A DNA stretch of 64,000 bases from Candidatus Entotheonellaceae bacterium (lineage in GTDB: Bacteria > Tectomicrobia > Entotheonellia > Entotheonellales > Entotheonellaceae), in assembly GCA_965238075.1 (NCBI GenBank), contig OZ250173.1:64001-128000 (forward strand). The letters are read 5' to 3'. A program made the position numbers and the translations under genes. Below the pieces are notes generated by a model that worked only from the letters and a program-made list of their open reading frames with translations, was not told the DNA's origin and ran no database searches. Within the stretch, counting starts at the first letter, position 1; every line of letters begins with the position of its first letter. Of this stretch, positions 8,732-19,559 are shown piece after piece.

Positions 8732-10510
8732 ATGATCAGGCGCTCGCTATGGATCGCTGTTGCATTGATGTTGGTTGTGCCCTTTGGGGCGCAGGCAAAC
8801 GACGAACTTCTGGCTCTGCAGGATGACGCCGGGCAGTGGACCTTACCCGGCAAAAACTATTCCGCTAACCGCTACAGCACTCTCAACCAGATCACCAGTC
8901 GTAACGTCAAGAACCTGAAAGCCTCGTGGACGTTTTCGCTTGGCGTGCTGCGTGGGCAGGAAGGCGCCCCGCTGGTGGTCGGCACGACGATGTACGTGCA
9001 CACCGGGTTTCCCAACAACGTCTACGCGCTGGACTTGACCCGGGACGGCGCGCCCATCAAATGGGCCTATAAGCCCAACCAGAACCCCAACGTGCCCGCG
9101 GTAGCGTGTTGCGATACGGTGTACCGCGGCTTGGCCTATGCCGAGGGGAAGATCTTCCTGGCGCAATTGGACACCAACGTCGTTGCCTTGGACGCCGCGA
9201 CTGGCAGAGAAATCTGGAAGGTCACGCAGGGCGACCCGGCTCAGGGCATGACCATTACCGCCGCGCCGCTGGTTATCAAGGATAAGGTCATCACCGGTAT
9301 CAGCGGCGGTGAGTTCGGTGTGCGTGGCTTTGTAACCGCAAACAACATCAACACCGGTGAGCAGGTCTGGCGCGCCTACAGCGCCGGGCCGGATGCGGAC
9401 GTGCTGATCGGCGATGATTTCAGCTCGCCCTACGCCAGTCATCAGGGTGCCGACCTCGGCGTCAACACCTGGAAGGGTGATGAGTGGACCCGCGGTGGCG
9501 GTACCACCTGGGGCTGGTACACCTACGATCCCGAGCTCGACCTGTTGTACTACAGCACCGGCAACCCGGGGGCGTGGAATCCCACCCAGCGCCCCGGCGA
9601 CAACAAATGGTCGATGACCGTCTTCGCGCGTAATCCGGACACCGGCATGGCGCGTTGGGCCTACCAGATGACGCCGCACGACGAGTGGGATTACGACGGC
9701 GTCAACGAGAACATCCTGGCCGACCTGCCCATGAACGGGCAGACGCGCAAGGTGCTGGTGCACTTTGATCGCAACGGCTTCGGGTACACGATTGACCGGG
9801 CGACCGGCGAGGTGCTCGTGGCCGAGAAGTTCGGCGCTGTCAACTGGGCGACCGGCGTTGACCTGGAAACCGGCGTGCCCGTTCGGGTAGCCGAAAAAGG
9901 CACCCAGGCGGGCCGCAACAGCAAGGACATCTGTCCGGCGGCCATCGGCACCAAGGACCAGCAACCCGCTGCCTTCTCGCCGAAGACCGGCCTGTTCTAC
10001 GTTCCCACCAACAACATCTGTATGGATTACGAGGGCGTGCCGGTGAAGTACCAGGCCGGGCAGTGGTACGTCGGCGCGATCGTGCGCATGTATCCCGGAC
10101 CGGGCGGTAACCGCGGCGAGTTCATCGCCTGGGATGCCACCACCGGTGAGAAGAAGTGGGGCATCAAGGAAAACCTGGCTGCATACGGCGGCGCGCTGGT
10201 GACGGCCGGTGACGTTGTCTTCTACGGCACCATGGAAGGTTGGCTGAAAGCGGTGCACGCCAAGACCGGCAGGCTGTTGTGGCGGTTCAAGACGGGCTCC
10301 GGCATTATCGCCAATCCGATGACCTATCTGGCGCCCGACGGCAAGCAATACGTAGCCGTCATTTCGGGCGTTGGCGGCTGGGCTGGCGTCGCCGTGGCCC
10401 TGGACATCGGCCCCGAGGATCCCACCGCAGGGCTGGGCGCTCTCGGCGCCTTTGGCGATGCGGGGATGCACAGTACCAAGGGAGCCATGTTGTATGTCTT
10501 CGGACTTTAA
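8732..10510 (+). CDS. xoxF: Lanthanide-dependent PQQ methanol dehydrogenase XoxF
   Basis: ACCD vicinal disulfide, GGEFG, TGNP, HDEWDYDG (extra Ln-ligating Asp where MxaF has Ala); signal peptide; no mxaI nearby. Confidence 0.92.
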   Translation: MIRRSLWIAVALMLVVPFGAQANDELLALQDDAGQWTLPGKNYSANRYSTLNQITSRNVKNLKASWTFSLGVLRGQEGAPLVVGTTMYVHTGFPNNVYALDLTRDGAPIKWAYKPNQNPNVPAVACCDTVYRGLAYAEGKIFLAQLDTNVVALDAATGREIWKVTQGDPAQGMTITAAPLVIKDKVITGISGGEFGVRGFVTANNINTGEQVWRAYSAGPDADVLIGDDFSSPYASHQGADLGVNTWKGDEWTRGGGTTWGWYTYDPELDLLYYSTGNPGAWNPTQRPGDNKWSMTVFARNPDTGMARWAYQMTPHDEWDYDGVNENILADLPMNGQTRKVLVHFDRNGFGYTIDRATGEVLVAEKFGAVNWATGVDLETGVPVRVAEKGTQAGRNSKDICPAAIGTKDQQPAAFSPKTGLFYVPTNNICMDYEGVPVKYQAGQWYVGAIVRMYPGPGGNRGEFIAWDATTGEKKWGIKENLAAYGGALVTAGDVVFYGTMEGWLKAVHAKTGRLLWRFKTGSGIIANPMTYLAPDGKQYVAVISGVGGWAGVAVALDIGPEDPTAGLGALGAFGDAGMHSTKGAMLYVFGL

Positions 10511-10615
10511 TCGGCTGTAGGCCGCCGTCCGACGGCGGCAGGGGGATGTCGTGATGGCAGCCCTCTGTCGCCGGGCGGCCAAAGACCTTGGCGGATAGCA
10601 CGGGCAGGAGTCTTC

Positions 10616-11431
10616 ATGCATCGGCGAAAGCTTCTGTGGCTGATAGTGCTTGGGGTGATGACCGGTGCGGCCGTTGTCGGCGCACAGAGTGCGGAGCTAG
10701 AGGTTCTGCGCGTCTGTGCAGACCCGGATAACCTGCCGTTTTCGAATCGGCAAGAGGAAGGCTACGAAAACCGCATCGCTGCCTTGGCGGCGCAGGAGCT
10801 GGGCATTCCGCTGAGTTACACCTGGTGGCCGCAACGGCGCGGCTTCCTGCGTGGCACACTGAACGCCAGGCGTTGCGACGTTGTTATCGGCATGCCGACT
10901 GGGCACCCGCTGGTGCTGACAACGAGTGCTTATTATTCGTCGCCTTACGTCATTGTATCCCGGCGCCAGGACGGCCGGCAGATCGTTTCCCTCGATGACT
11001 CCCTCCTGAAGCAGCTTCGTATTGGGGTTTACCGAAACTCTCCGATTGACTTTGTACTCGGCCGCCGCGGCATTGTTGGGAACGTCATCGGTTACAGCAC
11101 GTTCTATGACGGCCGGACGAACTACCCGGGTAAAATTATCGAAGGGGTCGCCGCCGGGCGCATTGACGTGGCCATCGTATGGGGGCCAGCAGCCGGGTAC
11201 TTTGTCGGACAGCAGTCCGAGACGCTGAAGCTGGTGCCCATTGAAGTCCCGCGATTGCAGGGGAGAGATGAAGGCGAGCCCGAGGTGTTCGCCATGTCGA
11301 TGGGAGTCAGAAAGACCGACGAGCAGCTTCACGCCGTCCTGGAAACCGTGCTCAACGCCAAGAGCGTCGAGGTCAGGCGTATTTTGCAACGCTACGATGT
11401 ACCGCTGGATGCCCAGGCGCGGCGCCAATGA
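10616..11431 (+). CDS. xoxJ: XoxJ/MxaJ periplasmic binding protein
   Basis: LRVCADPDNLPFSN...GYEN, RRGFLR.TL....CD, VWGP motifs; directly after xoxF. Confidence 0.9.
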   Translation: MHRRKLLWLIVLGVMTGAAVVGAQSAELEVLRVCADPDNLPFSNRQEEGYENRIAALAAQELGIPLSYTWWPQRRGFLRGTLNARRCDVVIGMPTGHPLVLTTSAYYSSPYVIVSRRQDGRQIVSLDDSLLKQLRIGVYRNSPIDFVLGRRGIVGNVIGYSTFYDGRTNYPGKIIEGVAAGRIDVAIVWGPAAGYFVGQQSETLKLVPIEVPRLQGRDEGEPEVFAMSMGVRKTDEQLHAVLETVLNAKSVEVRRILQRYDVPLDAQARRQ

Positions 11432-11469
11432 CGGGTAGCATCTCGAGAACGTGAAGACAGGGAGTGAAC

Positions 11470-11895
11470 ATGCTGCAGCGATCCTCGATTTGTAGGCGGA
11501 ACCATGTCTCATACCGCCGTTTCCTCTTCCCTGTCATCCTGTCAATGGTTCTGTTCATTTTGTTGGGTGCCTTTCAGGGCATTCCGGAAGGCGAGGCCCA
11601 GGACGCTGCGCAGGTGTCGGAGGTCGTGATGAACGGTTGGCGCTGGTTTCACGTCTACTGTTTCCGCTGTCACGGCATGGACGCCGTCGGAAGCCAGATC
11701 GCGCCCAATTTGCGGGAATCCATCAAGGTTCTGCCGTACGACGAGTTCATCAAGGTCATTCGCGAGGGCAGACCCGAAAAAGCCATGCAGGCGTGGAACG
11801 TGTTGCTCGACGCATCGCAAATGGAAGACATCTACAAATACGTGATGGAGCGCAGCACCGGACGTTTGAAACCCGGCAGGCCCGACGAGCAATGA
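11470..11895 (+). CDS. xoxG: Cytochrome c, XoxG-like electron acceptor
   Basis: CFRCH motif, AP.L, distal Met; position after xoxFJ; start uncertain. Confidence 0.75.
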   Translation: MLQRSSICRRNHVSYRRFLFPVILSMVLFILLGAFQGIPEGEAQDAAQVSEVVMNGWRWFHVYCFRCHGMDAVGSQIAPNLRESIKVLPYDEFIKVIREGRPEKAMQAWNVLLDASQMEDIYKYVMERSTGRLKPGRPDEQ

Positions 11896-12401
11896 CGGGC
11901 ATGATTCCTGCCTTCAAACCGCTCATGATAGCCGCGGGGTTCCTCGTTCAAGTCTGTTTGACCCTGTGTGTCTGGGCAGACAGCCCTGGGACGCCGGTCA
12001 CGTTCGCAGTGCTGGAATTCTCGCTCAACCTCGACATTGCCAACCCGGACGACACCACCTACGACCGTTTGCCCGCCCAATTGGCCAGCCAAAGCCTGCG
12101 CCGTCTGGCTTCTCAGAGTGAACACTATGCGCTTGTCGATAGCCGTGGGGTGGTTTCCGATTCGCCCTGCGCTGACACTGACTGTGCCCTGGACATTGGC
12201 AAGGCCCTAGGGGTGCAGCGTGTCGTTTGGGGACGGGTCACGAAGGTCAGCGCCCTCATCTGGTTTGTGTCCGCGCAGCTTGTCGACGTCCCGACCGCAA
12301 CGATTCGGCATGCCGAGACCCTGCAATTCAGAGGCAACATGAGGGACGTCGTGCCTCGTCTGGCGGCGATTCTGTGGCGCCGCATGCATGAAGGCGATTG
12401 A
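11892..12401 (+). CDS. Exported protein (DUF3280/DUF2380-like)
   Basis: C..DCALDIGKALG....WG.V.KVS.LI pattern; ATGA overlap with xoxG. Confidence 0.6.
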   Translation: MTGMIPAFKPLMIAAGFLVQVCLTLCVWADSPGTPVTFAVLEFSLNLDIANPDDTTYDRLPAQLASQSLRRLASQSEHYALVDSRGVVSDSPCADTDCALDIGKALGVQRVVWGRVTKVSALIWFVSAQLVDVPTATIRHAETLQFRGNMRDVVPRLAAILWRRMHEGD

Positions 12402-12439
12402 ATGCCTTCTTCCGTGCAATAAGCCGGTACGGCGGCCTG

Positions 12440-12468
12440 TTGACACGATTTTGAGCCGCCGTTAGTAT
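12440..12468 (+). promoter_or_regulatory. Sigma70-like promoter for the pqq operon
   Basis: TTGACA-17 nt-TAGTAT; -35 bracketed by inverted repeat ACGGCGGC/GCCGCCGT. Confidence 0.6.
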
Positions 12469-12537
12469 TTGCGCGGCCCGGCACCCGGCTCCTGCAATGG
12501 CATGCGCCCATACACATCACGATTGGTTTACGGAGGA

Positions 12538-13455
12538 ATGATGCGGATACACGTCCTTGGATCGGCCGCTGGCGGCGGATTCCCGCAATGGAACTGCAAC
12601 TGCTCGAATTGCAGCCGGTTGCGCCAGGGGAATATCAAAGCCACGGCCCGTACGCAGTCCTCCATCGCCGTCAGCAGCGGCGGCGTCAGTTGGGTGCTCT
12701 TCAACGCCTCCCCTGACATCCGCACCCAGTTGGAGGCTTTCCCGGCCATGCAGCCAGCCCGAGCCCTGCGCGACACGGGTATCGTCGGCATCGTCCTCAT
12801 CGACAGCCAGATCGACCATACGACCGGGCTGCTGGTGTTGCGCGAAGGCCAGCCGCTCGACATCTACTGCACCGACATGGTGCACCAGGACCTCACCACC
12901 GGACACCCACTTTTCAACGTGTTGGGCCATTACTGCGGCGTCAACTGGCACTCGGTGCCATTGGAAGCCGGCGCCCACTTCACGATCGATGGCGTCGAGG
13001 ACCTACGCTTTACCGCAGTGCCCCTGAGCAGCAAAGCGCCGCCCTATTCTCCGCATCGCCACGACCCGCATATTGGCGACAACATCAGCGTGCGTGTGGA
13101 AGACCTGCGCAGCGGCAAAATGCTCTACTACGCGCCCGGCCTGGGCAAGATCGAGCCACATATCCTTCCCTATATGGAGGAAGCGGATTGCCTGATGGTG
13201 GACGGAACCTTCTGGCGCGACGACGAAATGGTGGTTGCCGGCTTGGGCAAAAAACTCGCCAGTGACATGGGGCACCTGCCGCAATCGGGCGACGACGGCA
13301 TGTTGAGTGTCCTCGCTTCGTTGCAGCGCCCGCGCAAAATTCTGATTCACATCAACAATTCGAATCCGATACTTGACGAGGAGTCCCCGGAGCGCGCCAT
13401 TGTCGACAAGGCGGGCGTTGAAGTTGCCTGCGATGGGATGGACATTACCCTGTAA
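12538..13455 (+). CDS. pqqB: PQQ biosynthesis protein B
   Basis: [29 protein letters not shown]. Confidence 0.97.
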   Translation: MMRIHVLGSAAGGGFPQWNCNCSNCSRLRQGNIKATARTQSSIAVSSGGVSWVLFNASPDIRTQLEAFPAMQPARALRDTGIVGIVLIDSQIDHTTGLLVLREGQPLDIYCTDMVHQDLTTGHPLFNVLGHYCGVNWHSVPLEAGAHFTIDGVEDLRFTAVPLSSKAPPYSPHRHDPHIGDNISVRVEDLRSGKMLYYAPGLGKIEPHILPYMEEADCLMVDGTFWRDDEMVVAGLGKKLASDMGHLPQSGDDGMLSVLASLQRPRKILIHINNSNPILDEESPERAIVDKAGVEVACDGMDITL

Positions 13456-13483
13456 ACGTGCCACGAAACGAAGGAGTTCCGGT

Positions 13484-14230
13484 ATGTGTGCTTCCGAATT
13501 GGCCCCCTGGAGTCGTGAGGAATTTCACGAGAAGCTGAAGGAGAAGGGAACCTCGTACCATGTCTACCATCCCTTCCAGGTCATGATGACCGAGGGCAAG
13601 CTGACTCGTTCGCAGATGCAGGGCTGGGTGGCCAACCGGTTTTATTATCAAAAGAATATCCCGTTGAAAGACGCCGCGGTCATGGCCAATTGCCCGGACC
13701 GGGAGGTGCGGCGTGAGTGGATTCTGCGCATGCTCGATCAGGACGGCACGGAAGGCGACGCGGGGGGCATCGAAGCGTGGCTGCGGCTGGGCGTCGCTTG
13801 TGGCTTGACGCGCGAGGAAGTCCTTAGTGAGGAGCACGTCCTGCCAGGCGTGCGCTTCGCGGTTGACGCCTACCGCAACTTTGCCCGTTCGCGCCCTTGG
13901 CAGGAGGCGGTGTGCTCGTCCCTTACGGAGCTTTTCGCTCCGGACGCGCACGCTTCGCGCATCGAGTCGTTTCCCAAGCATTATCCATGGATCGGCCCGG
14001 AGGGGCTGGACTATTTCCGCATGCGCTTGAGCGAGGCGCGCCGGGACGTGCAGCACGGCCTCCGTATTACCCTGGATTATTTCAAGACCCGCGCGCAGCA
14101 GGAGCGCGCCCTGGATATTCTGGAATTCAAGCTCGACGTGTTGTGGACGATGCTGGACGCCATGTACATGGCTTATATTTCCCAAGAAACCCTGCCGCCG
14201 CACAAGAAATACGCCCTGGTCGAACGTTGA
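13484..14230 (+). CDS. pqqC: PQQ synthase C
   Basis: [32 protein letters not shown]. Confidence 0.97.
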   Translation: MCASELAPWSREEFHEKLKEKGTSYHVYHPFQVMMTEGKLTRSQMQGWVANRFYYQKNIPLKDAAVMANCPDREVRREWILRMLDQDGTEGDAGGIEAWLRLGVACGLTREEVLSEEHVLPGVRFAVDAYRNFARSRPWQEAVCSSLTELFAPDAHASRIESFPKHYPWIGPEGLDYFRMRLSEARRDVQHGLRITLDYFKTRAQQERALDILEFKLDVLWTMLDAMYMAYISQETLPPHKKYALVER

Positions 14231-14256
14231 GGCGCGGCAATGGGAAGGAGGCCAAA

Positions 14257-14550
14257 ATGGCAGAACCAGCGGCCCTGAAAGCGGACGACATCATCAGTAT
14301 CACGCGCCACTTTCGCCTGCAGTGGGAAGAGGCGCAGCAGGCCCACGTGTTATTGTATCCCGAGGGCATGGTGACCCTCAACGGACCGGCCGCAGAAATC
14401 CTGACCCGTTGCCAGGAGGCCAAATCCGTCACTCAAGTGGTCGAGGAACTGCAACAGGCATTTCCACAAGACGACATCGCCGCGGACGTGCGCGAGTTTC
14501 TGGAGGACGCTTATGACAACGGCTGGATCTGCATCGAACGGGCAGACTAA
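14257..14550 (+). CDS. pqqD: PQQ peptide chaperone D
   Basis: [24 protein letters not shown]. Confidence 0.95.
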   Translation: MAEPAALKADDIISITRHFRLQWEEAQQAHVLLYPEGMVTLNGPAAEILTRCQEAKSVTQVVEELQQAFPQDDIAADVREFLEDAYDNGWICIERAD

Positions 14551-15652
14551 CCCCCTGTGGCTGCTGGCGGAATTGACCTACCGCTGCCCGCTGCAATGCC
14601 TTTATTGCTCCAACCCCATAGACTACGCCAAGTATCAGAACGAGTTGACCACCGAGGAATGGATACGGGTGCTTCAGGAAGGCCGCGCCATGGGCGCCAC
14701 GCAGCTCGGCTTCTCGGGCGGTGAGCCTCTGGTTCGCAAGGACCTCGTTGACTTGGCGCGCGAAGCCAGACGGCTGGGCTATTATTCCAACCTGATCACC
14801 TCCGGCATCGGCATGGACGAGCCCCGTATCGCGGCCCTGAAGGAAGCCGGACTGGACCACATCCAGTTGAGCTTCCAGGCCAATACACCGGAAGTGAACG
14901 ACTACATCGGCGGCGCCAAGACTTTTGAACGCAAGCTGGCCATGGCTCGACTGATCAAGCACTACGATTACCCGATGGTGATGAACGTTGTGTTACATCG
15001 GCAGAATATCGATCAGACCGAGCAAATCCTGCAACTGGCCGAGGAGTTGGAGGCTGATTACATCGAGTTGGCCAACACCCAGTATTACGGCTGGGCGAAG
15101 GTCAACCGTTCTCAACTGTTGCCGACCCGCGATCAGGTGGAGCGCGCCGAAGCCATCGCCCACGACTACCAGGAACGCTTCAAGGGGCGCATGAAGGTCT
15201 ACTACGTCGTGCCCGATTACTTCGAGGACCGTCCCAAACCGTGCATGGCCGGTTGGGGTTCCGTGTTCTTGAACGTGGCGCCCGACGGCACTGCCCTGCC
15301 CTGCCACGCGGCCCATCAATTGCCGGGCCTGGATTTCCCCAACGTGCGCGATGCGAGCCTGCATTGGATCTGGCACGAATCCCCGGCCTTCAATGCCTTT
15401 CGGGGCGAGGACTGGATGAAGGAGCCCTGCCGCACCTGCCCGGAGCGCACCAAGGACTTTGGCGGTTGCCGCTGCCAGGCCTACATGCTGACGGGCGATG
15501 CGGCCAATGCAGACCCGGTTTGCAGCCTGTCGCCGCAACACGACATCGTGCTCAAGGCCATCGACGAGGACCAGGTCGTTCCGGCTGCCGATCAACTCCC
15601 CATGTTCCGCAGCAACAAGAATTCGCGGCAGTTTGTCGAAGCTGGCGCCTAG
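14513..15652 (+). CDS. pqqE: Radical SAM PQQ biosynthesis protein E
   Basis: [24 protein letters not shown] cysteines; DFGGCRCQA. Confidence 0.97.
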   Translation: MTTAGSASNGQTNPLWLLAELTYRCPLQCLYCSNPIDYAKYQNELTTEEWIRVLQEGRAMGATQLGFSGGEPLVRKDLVDLAREARRLGYYSNLITSGIGMDEPRIAALKEAGLDHIQLSFQANTPEVNDYIGGAKTFERKLAMARLIKHYDYPMVMNVVLHRQNIDQTEQILQLAEELEADYIELANTQYYGWAKVNRSQLLPTRDQVERAEAIAHDYQERFKGRMKVYYVVPDYFEDRPKPCMAGWGSVFLNVAPDGTALPCHAAHQLPGLDFPNVRDASLHWIWHESPAFNAFRGEDWMKEPCRTCPERTKDFGGCRCQAYMLTGDAANADPVCSLSPQHDIVLKAIDEDQVVPAADQLPMFRSNKNSRQFVEAGA

Positions 15653-15686
15653 CGGCCGCCAGACCCCGCGACGGCACCTAACTCGC

Positions 15687-16646
15687 ATGCAGGTCGACGC
15701 CTTGTCGCAGTCCAACGTCCCATTCGCCATCCAGACGAACAATCTGAGCAAGGTATACGGCGGGCTGCAAGCAGTTAATTGCCTGCAGCTTGCCATACCC
15801 GCGGGCCAATTCTTCGGCTTGCTTGGCCCCAACGGGTCCGGCAAAACCACGACCATTCACATGTTGACGACCTTGGCGCGTCCCACGGCGGGACAGGCGA
15901 GTGTGGCTGGGCACGACGTCCTCAGGGAGAGCGTCGCGGTGCGCCGAGAGGTTGGCCTGGTCTTTCAGGAGTCGGCGCTGGACCGCACGCTGACGGTTGA
16001 CGAAAACCTGCGTTTTGCCGGCATGCTACGCAATCTGTCCCGTGCCACCATTCGCCAGCGCAGCGACGAGCTGCTTGAACTGTTCAACCTGCGCGAACGG
16101 CGCCACATGAAGGTCGCGACCCTCTCCGGCGGTATGCGGCGGGCGCTCGATATTGCCCGCGGCGTGCTGCACCGCCCTCGTGTCTTGTTTCTTGACGAGC
16201 CCACGCTGGGGCTGGACGTTCCCAGCCGGCGCGGTATCTGGCGCTTTATCGAACAGTTGCGCCGCGAGGAAGTCATGACCGTTTTTCTCACCACGCACTA
16301 CCTCGAAGAGGCTGAAACCTGTGACCAGGTCGCCTTCCTGGCCTCGGGCAGGATCATCGGCGCCGGCCCGCCCGAAACCCTGGTCCGTCAATTCGGTCAT
16401 TACGTATTGGAAATTGACGGTACCGACCTTGATATGGTCGCTGCGCTGCTGTCACCACGGCTCGGCCCCTGTCTCAGGGAAGGCGGGACCGCGAGTTTTC
16501 GCGTCCTTGACGAACAGTTTTCGTTTGTTGAACTGCAGGCGGAGCTGAACGACGGCGTGCAGGCCGTGCGCTGGCGTCGGCCCAACCTCAACGACGTGTT
16601 CCTTTGGGTAAACGATCCGGCCCTGAGCGTGGGACTGGACCTATGA
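15687..16646 (+). CDS. ABC transporter ATP-binding protein (PedB-like)
   Basis: GPNGSGKT, LSGG, LDEPT. Confidence 0.9.
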   Translation: MQVDALSQSNVPFAIQTNNLSKVYGGLQAVNCLQLAIPAGQFFGLLGPNGSGKTTTIHMLTTLARPTAGQASVAGHDVLRESVAVRREVGLVFQESALDRTLTVDENLRFAGMLRNLSRATIRQRSDELLELFNLRERRHMKVATLSGGMRRALDIARGVLHRPRVLFLDEPTLGLDVPSRRGIWRFIEQLRREEVMTVFLTTHYLEEAETCDQVAFLASGRIIGAGPPETLVRQFGHYVLEIDGTDLDMVAALLSPRLGPCLREGGTASFRVLDEQFSFVELQAELNDGVQAVRWRRPNLNDVFLWVNDPALSVGLDL

Positions 16647-17437
16647 TGTGGCGACCGGTGTGGGCTTTGATCGAACGCGAAATAATGCGCATGGTGCGCC
16701 AGCGCGGCCGTCTGGTGAGCGCCCTGGTACGGCCGCTCATCTGGCTGCTGGTCATCGGCGCGGGGTTCGGCACCCTGTTGGGCGACGAGGCGTCCGGTGG
16801 CTATCAGCGCTTCCTGTCGCCTGGGCTGCTCGGCATGGTGATGCTGTTTGCGGCGATGCTGGTTTCGCTGTCCGTGGTATACGACAAAGAATTCGGCATC
16901 ATGCGCCTGCTGATCATTTCCCCCCTGCCCCACTACTGGGTGGTCATTGCCAAGACGATCAGTGGCATGGTCGTAGCCGTCGTGCAGGCTGGCGCCTTCG
17001 CCGTTCTGCTGGCCCTGATGGGATACATTGGGGGCGGCGTGTCGCTGCCGCTGCTGGTGCTCGGCCTGTTTGCCACGGCCCTGGCCTGCGCCAGCATGGG
17101 CATGCTGATCGCGGTGTGGAGTTCCACCCTGGACAACTTCGCGGTCATCATGAACTTCGTCATCTTTCCCGTGTTTTTCCTGAGCGGCGCCCTGTATCCG
17201 GTGCAGCAGTTGCCGGACATTTTAAAAATTGTCGCCGCCATCAATCCGTTCACCTACGGGGTTGACCTGCTCAAGCACGCCCTCGTCAGCGGCCTTGCCC
17301 CACCCCTCGGTCCCGACTTCCCGGTAGCTGTAGACATCACGGTTCTGCTGGGTTTCGCCGTCGTCGCCGTCTTTGTGGCCTGCCTTCGTTTTTCCCACGA
17401 ATCCGCCGCTGGCCTGCTGGACTTTCTGCGCGGCTAA
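16643..17437 (+). CDS. ABC-2 type permease (PedC-like)
   Basis: RGRL.SALVRPL.WL, YDKEFG, NFA..MNFVIFP.FFLSGALYP. Confidence 0.88.
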   Translation: MMWRPVWALIEREIMRMVRQRGRLVSALVRPLIWLLVIGAGFGTLLGDEASGGYQRFLSPGLLGMVMLFAAMLVSLSVVYDKEFGIMRLLIISPLPHYWVVIAKTISGMVVAVVQAGAFAVLLALMGYIGGGVSLPLLVLGLFATALACASMGMLIAVWSSTLDNFAVIMNFVIFPVFFLSGALYPVQQLPDILKIVAAINPFTYGVDLLKHALVSGLAPPLGPDFPVAVDITVLLGFAVVAVFVACLRFSHESAAGLLDFLRG

Positions 17438-17707
17438 TTCTGTTATAGCCCAACGGCACGGAACCTCGTCGCGTTGTTGTGCCAACTTGTTGGCGCGTGG
17501 TACGCTGTCGCCGTGATGGTGGTGCTCGTATCTAGCTAGGGCATTTTCTCCAGAGGTTTAACGAGTGTACGCCGCAATAGAGATGCCAGCCGTTCCGGAT
17601 TGTCCGCAATCGGAGCCCGTTCAGGTGGCGATCCAAACCCCATGTGCCTGGGCCATAACGTTCTCTGGACGTCTATAAGGCATTTGAATCTCTACAGGGA
17701 GGCTCAC

Positions 17708-18841
17708 ATGCAACATTCACTGAGACATCATCCCGTAAGAACCCTGATCGCCGCCGCTGTCACCATCCTGTTGAGCGTTTCCGCCTCAGCGTTCGCACAG
17801 GGCGGTTTACCTGGATTTGAGGTCGGCCAACAGGCCGAAGTCGAAGGTCTTCCACGGGTCATGCAGGAACTCGTCGCGCCGCCGTTTCTACCGCAGCACG
17901 ACCAGGTTGCCAAGGGGGGAGCGAAAATTGTCGAGGTTACGCTGGACGTCGTCGAAAAAGAGATGGAGATTGCGCCAGGGGTTTTTGTCCAGGCCATGAC
18001 CTTCAATGGCACGAATCCGGGGCCGATCATCGTCGTCCACGAGGGCGATTACGTCGAATTGACGCTCCGCAACCCCAAATCCAATACGATGCCCCATAAC
18101 ATCGATTTCCACGCCTCGACCGGCGCGATGGGGGGTGGGGCGCTCACGCTTGTCGGGCCTGGACAGCAGGTGAAATTGCGTTGGAAAGCGACCAAGGCCG
18201 GGACGTTCATCTACCACTGCGCGCCCGGTGGCGCGATGATTCCCTATCACGTTGTGGCGGGGATGAACGGGGCTGTTATGGTATTGCCGCGGGACGGTCT
18301 GACAAACGCCGAAGGTGAGTCGGTGCGCTATGACCGCGCTTATTATATCGGCGAGCAGGATTTCTACATTCCCAGAGACGGGGAGGGTAATTTCAAGCGT
18401 TACGCCAACCCGATGGCGGCGTTGAACGACACGATAGAATCCATGAAAACACTTCTTCCCACCCATATCACCTTCAACGGTAAAGTCGGCGGGCTCACCG
18501 GCGACCATGCCATGAAGGCGTCCGTAGGCGAGAGCGTGCTGTTTATCCATTCTCAGGCCAATCGTGATTCGCGGGTTCACATTATCGGCGGGCACGGTGA
18601 TCTGGTATGGCATGGCGGCTCATTCAGTGACGCGCCGGACACGAATCGGGAGACCTGGCCCGTGTTTGGCGGCGAGGCCGCTGCCGCGCTGTACACCTTC
18701 CGTCAGCCTGGCATTTATGCCTACGTCAACCACAACCTGATCGAAGCCGTTCTGCTTGGCGCAGTGGGTCATATTTCAGTGGATGGCCAATGGAACAATG
18801 ACCTGATGGAGCAAGTGGCGGCGCCGCATGCAATCGAGTAA
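17708..18841 (+). CDS. nirK: Copper-containing nitrite reductase
   Basis: HNIDFH, YHCAP...YHV..GM, HIIGGH, YVNHNL; signal peptide. Confidence 0.95.
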   Translation: MQHSLRHHPVRTLIAAAVTILLSVSASAFAQGGLPGFEVGQQAEVEGLPRVMQELVAPPFLPQHDQVAKGGAKIVEVTLDVVEKEMEIAPGVFVQAMTFNGTNPGPIIVVHEGDYVELTLRNPKSNTMPHNIDFHASTGAMGGGALTLVGPGQQVKLRWKATKAGTFIYHCAPGGAMIPYHVVAGMNGAVMVLPRDGLTNAEGESVRYDRAYYIGEQDFYIPRDGEGNFKRYANPMAALNDTIESMKTLLPTHITFNGKVGGLTGDHAMKASVGESVLFIHSQANRDSRVHIIGGHGDLVWHGGSFSDAPDTNRETWPVFGGEAAAALYTFRQPGIYAYVNHNLIEAVLLGAVGHISVDGQWNNDLMEQVAAPHAIE

Positions 18842-18969
18842 GCCGTCTTTCGGGGAAGCCGTAAGGCTGACACTCTGTTACAATGGTGTCGTTTGCAAGC
18901 CCCCACTGGGCTTGGAAGCCGAAGCGCTTCATGACCGCAACACCGAATGTCCGCAAAGGAGGTAGAACA

Positions 18970-19539
18970 ATGTCCAAACGCAAACGAGCAGGGCGTGCCT
19001 GGGTATGGCTCGGTCTGCTTTCGGCAACCCTTTTGGCGCTGCATCCCATGCACGCGGATGCGGCAGAAGGGCTGGCCCTTCCCCAGGGTATGCAGGCTCC
19101 GAGTCAACCCGCAACCCTTCCCGCCTTCGAGCTACCCGATCCCGGTGGCAACATCGTTCGTGCCGCCGACCTGCAAGGCAAGGTCGTGGTCGTACGGTTC
19201 TGGGCCACTTGGTGAGGGATCTGTCGCAGCGAGATGCCCTCCGTGCAGAGGGTACACGAAGCCTTCCCGAATGAAGATGTCGCCGTGGTTGCCATCTCCC
19301 TTGATGGCGGCGGTGTCCCGACGGTGCAGTCCTACCTGGCCAGACACGAGTACACCTTTCCCACGCCGGTCGATCAGAAGATGACGGTGGCCCGTGCGCT
19401 CGGCGCCCGGAGCGTTCCCTATACGCTTGTGATCAACCGCCAGGGCGTCGTCGTTGCCAGTGCCTCCGGACCTTTCGATTTAGACGGCGGCCCATTCCGG
19501 CAGTACCTTGCCGACCTGGCGGCCCAGCCGCGTAGCTAA
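18970..19539 (+). CDS. Exported TlpA/ResA-like thioredoxin, predicted selenoprotein (UxxC), 189 aa
   Basis: ORFs ending 19215 and starting 19234 share one frame; FWATW-TGA(19213-19215)-GICRSEMP replaces FWATWCxxC. Confidence 0.88.
19235..19254 (+). promoter_or_regulatory. Candidate bacterial SECIS hairpin
   Basis: TGCCCTC-CGTGCA-GAGGGTA, with a GT-containing loop 26 nt after the TGA. Confidence 0.5.
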
Positions 19540-19559
19540 CGTCATACAAGGAGATTCTT

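Noticed and set aside
8843-10621. 592-aa antisense ORF over xoxF (similarly 6454-8184, 39745-41076, 23177-24304, 46351-47478, 58391-59710)
   Set aside because: Shadow ORFs produced by high-GC codon bias; no motifs, and the opposite strand has clear family signatures
17438-17707. Possible pqqA or FNR/DNR box upstream of nirK
   Set aside because: No ExxxY mini-ORF with an RBS and no TTGAT-N4-ATCAA palindrome seen
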